From Acidimicrobiales bacterium (GTDB lineage: Bacteria; Actinomycetota; Acidimicrobiia; Acidimicrobiales; JAVJTC01), in the NCBI GenBank assembly GCA_040219085.1, contig JAVJTC010000038.1:16199-80198 (forward strand): DNA of 64,000 nt, given 5' to 3'. Shown in pieces: positions 58,118-64,000 of the stretch. Numbering within the stretch: the first letter of the stretch is position 1; each line of letters opens with the position of its first letter. The position numbers were made by a program, and so were the translations under genes. The notes under the pieces were generated by a model, which was given only the letters and a program-made list of their open reading frames with translations, was not told the DNA's origin and searched no databases.

Positions 58118-60501
58118 GCGCGACACCAAACGGCGCGAGCGGATCCGACACGACGATCCCGTCCGGGTCGACGCCGGTGATCGTCGGTGTCGGCCAGGTC
58201 TCCGAGCGCATCGGCGAGGAGAACTACGGCTCTCGATCGCCTGCCGACCTCGGTGGAGATGCGGCTCGCGAGGCGTTGACCGACGCCGGTGTTCCTGCCA
58301 GCTCGGTAGCCGTGATCGCCGCGACGCGGCAGTTCGAGAATTCCAACCCGATGGCCGTGGCCCCGCTTGGTCGGGCGGACAACTACCCACGGGCTGTCGC
58401 AGGTCGAATCGGTGCCGAGCCGGCCCACGCGATCCAAGAGATCGCCGGTGGCCAGTCGCCGCAACACCTCGTCAGCGAGCTCGCCGCCCGTATCGCGGCC
58501 GGCGAGTGCTCTACCGCTCTGGTTGTTGGTGCCGAGGCCATCTCGACGGCCGCGCATCTGAAGAGCCTCGATGATCCGCCGAGCTGGGCCGAGACGGTCG
58601 GCGGTCAGCTGGAGGATCGGGGGTTCGGCATCGCCGGGATGCTGTCCCGGCTGGAGACGATGCACGGTCTCAACACAGCTCCAGCCATGTACGCGGTGTG
58701 CGAGAACGCACGCCGTCGGGCGAAGGGAATGTCGTCTCAGGAACTCGCTCGTGAGATGGGCGAGCTGTTCGCCCGTTTCAGCGAGATCGCCGCTGCGAAT
58801 CCCCACTCTGCGGCGCCGACCCGCCGATCGGCGGACGAGCTCGTCACCGCGACTGACAAGAATCGGATGGTTGCGCATCCCTACACCCGTTACCTCATCG
58901 CGAGGGACAAGGTGAACCAGGGGGCGGCGGTGCTGATGATGTCTGCGGACAGGGCGCGCGAACTCGGCGTTCCGCCCGACCGATGGACCTTTCTGCACGG
59001 CCACGCGGACCTGGTCTCCCCTCCGCTGCTCGAGCGTCCCGACCTCGGCGCGTACCCCGCTGGCGTGGCTGCCGTGCGGCACGCTCTCGAGGTAGCCGGC
59101 ATCGGGCTCGATGACGTCGGGGCCTTCGACTTCTACAGCTGTTTCCCGGCCCCCGTCCTCGCCCTCTGCGACGGTCTGGGCCTCGCGATCGACGATCCGC
59201 GCGGCTTGACGCTCACGGGTGGCTTGCCGTTCTTCGGGGGTCCGGGAAACAACTATTCGCTCCACGGCATCGCCGAGGCGGTGGCCTTCGTCCGCGAACA
59301 CGAGGGCGCCAGGGCAGTGGTCGCCGCTAACGGTGGCGTGCTTTCGAAATGCAGCGTCGGCGTCTACTCCGCTCAGCCGCGTCCATGGCACGCGAATCGC
59401 AGCGCCGACGTGCAGGCCCGACTCGACACCGTCGAGAAGGAGAAGCTCGTACGTCACCCCGATGGCGAGGCACTGGTCGAGACCTTCACCGTCGTGCACT
59501 CCCGGGACACGGCAAAGGGAATCGTCGTCGGTCGCCTCGCCGGCAGCGGCGGCCGATTCCTCTCGACGACGTTGCGCGACGACGAGACGATGGTCGAGCT
59601 GCTCACCTCGGAGTCCGTCTTCGACACGCCGATCCACGTCCGGTCGTTCGGCCGGGGAAACCGGGTCACCACGACTTCGGAGCGGATGGATCACGAGTAT
59701 CCGCCCGAGCCGCTCAGGCTGCGCGACGACTACGAGAACGTCCAGGTGCGCCGCGACGGCCACCTTCTCGAAGTGACGATCGACCGACCTGAGGCCCGCA
59801 ACGCCCTCACACCACAGGCGCACGAGGAGTTGGGGCAGATCTTCGACACGTTCTTCGCGGACGATGATCTCTGGGTGGCGATCCTCACGGGAGCGGGCGA
59901 CCGGGCGTTCTCCGCCGGCGCAGATCTCAAGTACGGCGCATCCGGCAAGCCAGTCTGGGTCCCCAAGGGCGGCTTCGGGGGTCTGACCAGCCGTCGGTCG
60001 ATGTCGAAACCGGTCATCGCCGCCGTGAACGGCTTCGCGTTCGGCGGCGGGTTCGAGATGGCCCTCGCGTGTCATCTGGTGGTCGCCGACGAGACTGCCA
60101 CCTTCGCCCTGTCCGAGGTCAAGGTCGGGCTCTTCGCCGCCGCCGGCGGCGTCGTGCGGCTCCCGAGGGCCATACCGCGCCACCTTGCGAACGAGTTGAT
60201 CCTCACCGGACGCCCGGCCAGCGCCGAGGAGCTGCACAGGCACGGACTCGTCGCGAGGGTCGCTCCCGAAGGCAAAGCGCTCGAGACCGCACGTGAGCTG
60301 GCGGAGGAGATCCTGGCGGTCTCGCCGACGTCGGTACGCGTCTCGCTTCAGGCCATGAAGGCGGGAGACACGACCGTCGACGCGATCGACGCGATTGACG
60401 CCGGCGACGATGCGATCGACAACCTCTTGTTGTCGGCGGACATGGTCGAGGGGATGAAGGCGTTTGCGGAGAAGCGACCCCCCGAATGGCAGAACCGGTA
60501 A
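58114..60501 (+). CDS. Thiolase-like domain / OB-like middle segment / enoyl-CoA hydratase (crotonase) fusion protein
   Basis: GTGA overlap with the upstream gene. The N-terminal ~400 aa are a thiolase fold (ALVVGAEAIS, FDFYSCFP, LTGGLPFFGGPG). The C-terminal ~260 aa are crotonase (LLEVTIDRPEARNAL, ILTGAGDRAFSAGADL, NGFAFGGGFEMALAC). Confidence 0.8.
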   Translation: MSATPNGASGSDTTIPSGSTPVIVGVGQVSERIGEENYGSRSPADLGGDAAREALTDAGVPASSVAVIAATRQFENSNPMAVAPLGRADNYPRAVAGRIGAEPAHAIQEIAGGQSPQHLVSELAARIAAGECSTALVVGAEAISTAAHLKSLDDPPSWAETVGGQLEDRGFGIAGMLSRLETMHGLNTAPAMYAVCENARRRAKGMSSQELAREMGELFARFSEIAAANPHSAAPTRRSADELVTATDKNRMVAHPYTRYLIARDKVNQGAAVLMMSADRARELGVPPDRWTFLHGHADLVSPPLLERPDLGAYPAGVAAVRHALEVAGIGLDDVGAFDFYSCFPAPVLALCDGLGLAIDDPRGLTLTGGLPFFGGPGNNYSLHGIAEAVAFVREHEGARAVVAANGGVLSKCSVGVYSAQPRPWHANRSADVQARLDTVEKEKLVRHPDGEALVETFTVVHSRDTAKGIVVGRLAGSGGRFLSTTLRDDETMVELLTSESVFDTPIHVRSFGRGNRVTTTSERMDHEYPPEPLRLRDDYENVQVRRDGHLLEVTIDRPEARNALTPQAHEELGQIFDTFFADDDLWVAILTGAGDRAFSAGADLKYGASGKPVWVPKGGFGGLTSRRSMSKPVIAAVNGFAFGGGFEMALACHLVVADETATFALSEVKVGLFAAAGGVVRLPRAIPRHLANELILTGRPASAEELHRHGLVARVAPEGKALETARELAEEILAVSPTSVRVSLQAMKAGDTTVDAIDAIDAGDDAIDNLLLSADMVEGMKAFAEKRPPEWQNR

Positions 60502-60617
60502 GGGGCGCCGGCGAAACGAACAGAACGGGACGCGGGGCTCATGCCCGATCCGGAGCGCATACAGCAGTCCAGCAGTCGAACGAACAATATGGAACCGAAC
60601 CAGAGGGGAAATTCATA

Positions 60618-62015
60618 GTGAAGACCAAACGAGGATGGATGATGCTCATCGCGGTGCTCGCCGCGCTGTCGCTGATTGCGGCGGCATGCGGGGACGACGA
60701 TGACGACACCAGTGCGGGTGGCGATGACGGAGCTGCTGCCGATGACGGTGGCGATGACGGAGCTGCTGGCGACGACGGTGGCGATGACGGAGCTGCTGCC
60801 GATGACGGGGCTGCTGCCGATGACGGGGCTGCTGGCGACGACGGGGCTGCTGCCGATGACGGGGCTGCTGGCGACGACGGGGCTGCTGGCGACGACGGTG
60901 GTGAGCCCTCCGGTGAGCCGATCAAGGTGATGTCGATCACCCCGGTCGAGACGACCCTCGGCCCGTCTCCTGAGATCTTCGCCTATGCGGGGGTCTACGA
61001 GCAGTACATCAACGACCGCGGCGGAGTCGCCGGTCGCCCGCTCGAGGTCATCACCTGTGACGGCAGGGGTGACCCGAACGAGGCCGCCGCGTGCGCTCGC
61101 GAGGCTGTGAACGAAGGTGTCGTGGCCATCGTGAGCCACTTCGAATACGACATGTCCGTGGCCATCCCGATCCTCGAAGAGGCGGGCATCGCCCTGATCG
61201 GCAGCTGCTGCCCGGTTACGCCCGCGGAGTTCTCGAGCCCCAACAACTTCATCTTCGGTTCCACGAACACCATGCAGCACGCCGCAATCAAGAGGATGGC
61301 CGATGACGGGTGTGAGAGCCCGGCCATCGTCTACCTGGAGCTCTTCACCGACTACCTCACCGGACTCGCCAATCAGGCGACGAGTTACTACGGCGTCTTC
61401 GAGGACAACCTGATCATCACCTCCGTCCCCGGGGATCCCGGTGACTTCAGCGCGCAGGCGGCTGTTGCAAGCGACGGCACCGATTGCATCTGGGTCTCGT
61501 TGGGTAAGGACCCGTTCGCGGCGTTCCTCGCCGGTCTCCGGACCGTCGGCGGCGACCAGCGCATCTACGGATCGCAGGGCAACCTCGACCCCTCGATCGT
61601 CGAGGAGTACCCAGACCTCACCGAGGGTGCCGTAGTGCTCAACGCGTACCCGAACCTCGTCGATGGGGTCTGGGACGAAACCAGGGCTGCGATCGACGAG
61701 TACGGCGTGCCCGAGGACACCCGGCTCAACAGCCTCGCCGGTCTGTCGACCTGGGCCGCGTATGTGGCCTTCACCGACATCGTCGAGATGATCGACGGTG
61801 AGATCACCGCAGACTCCTTCCTCGAGACGCTCCGTCAGCAGGATGCCTACCAGAGCATGTGGGGGCCCGTGATCGACTTTTCGGTCGCGGAGGGTCCAAT
61901 GCCCGGGTTCCCCCGCGTGCTGGTCCTCGAGGTCACTTTCGATCTGATCGAAGACGGTGAGTTCGTGCCGACCGGGGAGTTCCTCGACAGCACCGAGGCA
62001 GTGCAGGCCGGCTGA
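60618..62015 (+). CDS. Liv-type ABC substrate-binding lipoprotein with a long acidic repeat linker
   Basis: GTG follows GAGGGGAA. Lipobox LIAAAC|GDDDDD, then the (DDG[GA]...AA) repeat, then a type I PBP body. Confidence 0.8.
   Translation: MKTKRGWMMLIAVLAALSLIAAACGDDDDDTSAGGDDGAAADDGGDDGAAGDDGGDDGAAADDGAAADDGAAGDDGAAADDGAAGDDGAAGDDGGEPSGEPIKVMSITPVETTLGPSPEIFAYAGVYEQYINDRGGVAGRPLEVITCDGRGDPNEAAACAREAVNEGVVAIVSHFEYDMSVAIPILEEAGIALIGSCCPVTPAEFSSPNNFIFGSTNTMQHAAIKRMADDGCESPAIVYLELFTDYLTGLANQATSYYGVFEDNLIITSVPGDPGDFSAQAAVASDGTDCIWVSLGKDPFAAFLAGLRTVGGDQRIYGSQGNLDPSIVEEYPDLTEGAVVLNAYPNLVDGVWDETRAAIDEYGVPEDTRLNSLAGLSTWAAYVAFTDIVEMIDGEITADSFLETLRQQDAYQSMWGPVIDFSVAEGPMPGFPRVLVLEVTFDLIEDGEFVPTGEFLDSTEAVQAG
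60717..60896. repeat. Coding tandem repeat: 3 x 30 nt followed by 5 x 18 nt
   Basis: GGTGGCGATGACGGAGCTGCTG[C/G]CGA[T/C]GAC occurs 3 times, then GGGGCTGCTG[C/G]CGA[T/C]GAC occurs 5 times. Together they encode GGDDGAA[AG]DD / GAA[AG]DD units. Confidence 0.9.
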
Positions 62016-62059
62016 TCACCCCATGATCCCCCGGGGAGGACCCCCTCCGCCCCGGACGT

Positions 62060-62093
62060 CGACGTGGGGTGGGCGCCTGCCCGCCCCACGTCG
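62060..62093 (+). terminator. Terminator-like hairpin after the SBP gene
   Basis: CGACGTGGGG ... CCCCACGTCG forms a 10-bp stem, with inner GGGC/GCCC pairing. Lies 45 nt after the stop. Confidence 0.55.
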
Positions 62094-62147
62094 GTCACAC
62101 CGAGGCTCGGTAGCGCCATGCCTCAACGCGAGTAGAGGACGGTCTAC

Positions 62148-63248
62148 ATGAGCACACAGCTCTGCCGGGAACTAGGCATGGAGGTACCTGTCTTCGCCTT
62201 CGCGCACAGCCGCGATGTCGTCGCTGCCGTGAGTCGTGCGGGAGGATGCGGCGTCCTGGGCATCGCCGGGCTCACAGCGGAGCAGATCGAAGCCGACCTG
62301 TCGTGGATCGATGGCGAACTCGACGGTGCCCCATATGGCGTGGACGTCCTGTTTCCCTCCATCACGGTCGAAGAGAGCGCCGAACGCCCCCTGGAAGGCC
62401 TCATCTCCACCGAGCACCGCCGGTTCGTCGAGGATCTGCTCGAGAGCCACGGCGTGCCGCAGCTGTCAGATGTGGGTCCTCTCCTGACGCGGCCACCCGG
62501 CCGGGAACACGCGGTGTCTCAGGTCCAGCAGGCCCTCGAGCATCCCGTGCGGATCGTGGCGAGTGCGATGGGTGCCCCGCCCGCTGAACTCGTCGACATG
62601 GTTCATGAGCGGGGAGCTGTCGTTGCCGGTGTCGCCGGGTCTACGCGCCATGCGGAGCGCCAGCGTGACGCAGGTGTCGACGTCATCGTCGCTCAGGGGC
62701 ACGAAGCCGGGGGCCACACGGGCGAAGTCACCACGATGGTGCTGGTTCCGGAGGTTGTCGATGCGGTTGCGCCCCTGCCGGTACTGGCTGCCGGTGGGAT
62801 CGCATGTGGCCGACAACTTGCAGCGGCGTTGACGCTGGGCGCACAGGGCGCCTGGACCGGCTCGGTCTGGTTGACGACCGACGAAGCGAACACAGAACCG
62901 GTCCTGACGCAGAAGTTCCTCGCCGCGACGTCTCGCGACACGGTGCGATCACGCTCGACATCGGGCAAGCCCGCTCGCCAGCTGCGTTCGGCATGGACGG
63001 AGGCATGGGACGGCGACGATTCCCCCGGGGCGCTCCCCATGCCCCTTCAGGGGACCCTTGCCGCGGAGGCGCGCGAACGGATACGACGAGCTGCTCCGAA
63101 CCACCCGGGCGCTGCCGACCTGATCACCTACTACGTCGGGCAGGTCGTGGGCTCCATGAATGAGCTCAAGTCCGTGAGTCAGGTGATGTCCGAGATGATC
63201 GAAGAGTGCGCTGACGTCCTCGCCCGGACCTCTTCGTCGCTGCGATGA
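62148..63248 (+). CDS. Nitronate monooxygenase family protein (paralogue of 49313..50419)
   Basis: MSTQLCRELGMEVPVFAFAH, VAQGHEAGGHTG and AAGGIACG. Confidence 0.8.
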   Translation: MSTQLCRELGMEVPVFAFAHSRDVVAAVSRAGGCGVLGIAGLTAEQIEADLSWIDGELDGAPYGVDVLFPSITVEESAERPLEGLISTEHRRFVEDLLESHGVPQLSDVGPLLTRPPGREHAVSQVQQALEHPVRIVASAMGAPPAELVDMVHERGAVVAGVAGSTRHAERQRDAGVDVIVAQGHEAGGHTGEVTTMVLVPEVVDAVAPLPVLAAGGIACGRQLAAALTLGAQGAWTGSVWLTTDEANTEPVLTQKFLAATSRDTVRSRSTSGKPARQLRSAWTEAWDGDDSPGALPMPLQGTLAAEARERIRRAAPNHPGAADLITYYVGQVVGSMNELKSVSQVMSEMIEECADVLARTSSSLR

Positions 63249-63333
63249 GAGGTCCCATGTCCGTGCCGCGTCACATCGTCGATCGTGGTTGTTCATCCAG
63301 CCCGCTAACGAAAGGACACTGACATGCCGCTCG

Positions 63334-64000
63334 ACGAGGCGACGACCGAGTTGATCGACCAGATGGCCGAGGCCGGGGCACCCCCACTTCACGAGCTCGC
63401 CCCGGCGGAGGCACGGGAGATGGCAGGCGCCATGACCGAGATGCTCGGACCGGGGCCCGATGTGGCCCGCTCTGAGGACCACACCGTCACCTCCTCGGAC
63501 GGCGTTGAATTCGGCGTCACTCTGCTCGTCCCGGACGTGCCGGTCCGTGGGGTCCTGGTCTTCTACCACGGGGGCGGCTGGGTGATCGGCAGTGCCGCGG
63601 ATTACGACCACCTCTGTCGCATCATGGCGAACCGCACCGGATGTGCCGTCGTCAACGTCGACTACCGACTCGCACCCGAGAACCCGTACCCGGCTGCAGT
63701 CGACGACTGCTACGCCGCGCTGGAGTGGGCCGCAGCGAACATCGATTCGGTCGCGGGCGCCGACGTTCCGTTGATGGTGTGCGGTGACAGCGCAGGGGCC
63801 AACCTGGCTGCCGCCGTAACCCTCCGGGCTCGGGATCGCAACGGACCGCGGATCGCCTGGCAGGGCCTCATCTATCCCGTGGCCGATTCCGGCCTCGACA
63901 CCGCCTCATACACCGCCGAGGAGAATCAGTTGATGTTGAACCGCGAGGGGATGGAGTGGTTCTGGGACCTGTATTGCCCGGATGTCTCACGTCGGGCCGA
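63334..64000 (+). CDS. Alpha/beta hydrolase fold-3 esterase (HSL family), 3'-truncated by the window edge
   Basis: ATG follows AAAGGA. Oxyanion-hole HGGGW and nucleophile elbow GDSAGANLA. The frame is open to the window end. This ORF is not in the ORF track because no stop is reached. Confidence 0.85.

Noticed and set aside
58054-60243. 729-aa ORF on the minus strand
   Set aside because: It lies antisense to the thiolase-like/crotonase fusion, which has clear family motifs. Its composition is low-complexity Arg/Gly/Asp/Val, so I treat it as a shadow ORF.
60717-60896. A possible CRISPR array or mobile-element repeat
   Set aside because: The units are contiguous with no spacers. They lie in frame inside a lipoprotein linker and encode an acidic low-complexity segment.
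1-64000. Search for tRNA, rRNA, integrase, transposase, phage or CRISPR-Cas signatures
   Set aside because: Nothing recognisable by eye: no IS-type terminal inverted repeats, no recombinase motifs in any ORF-track protein, and no spacer-repeat arrays. This is not an exhaustive computational scan.

Overview
This is a high-GC window (judged by eye, not computed) that looks actinobacterial. Genes are densely packed, many neighbours share ATGA or GTGA start/stop overlaps, and lipoproteins carry acidic linkers after the lipobox Cys. I found no rRNA, tRNA, CRISPR array, transposase or integrase.

**Layout**
- **1-8.5 kb:** an iron-type ABC importer, a secreted acidic repeat protein, a dienelactone hydrolase, an MFS transporter and small proteins.
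- **8.5-12.5 kb:** a tightly coupled minus-strand operon encoding GT1, a PqqD-like (RRE) protein, an HPr-kinase-like P-loop kinase and two GT2 enzymes. It is divergent from a PAS-GGDEF gene.
- **14-64 kb:** a large catabolic island. It holds six amidohydrolase_2 paralogues, four SDRs, two TPP-dependent E1 alpha/beta pairs, a split E2, FAH-family enzymes and a Baeyer-Villiger monooxygenase. It also has two nitronate monooxygenase paralogues, an ADP-forming acyl-CoA synthetase, a thiolase-like/crotonase fusion, an HSL-type esterase and two Liv-type ABC importers.

**Most notable observations**
1. Two ORF-track fragments at 35740-36282 (-) join across an in-frame UGA. The joined product has a U-G-S-C motif and a SECIS-like hairpin 11 nt downstream. 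It is ATGA-coupled to a thioredoxin-fold fusion protein.
2. The PqqD/HprK-like/glycosyltransferase operon has no recognisable precursor or core enzyme. At the PqqD start there is either a 14-codon upstream ORF or a 1-nt frame break, preceded by four purine-rich decamer repeats.
3. An AT-rich inverted repeat (about TCTTGACG-N5-CGTAAGAT) recurs in at least four promoter regions of the island. This suggests a single unidentified regulator.
4. The E2 acyltransferase is split into separate lipoyl and catalytic ORFs and has no subunit-binding domain.
5. A thiolase-like domain that appears to lack all three thiolase catalytic residues is fused to an OB-like segment and a crotonase.

All functional calls rest on motif and family recognition by eye. 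No database search was run.
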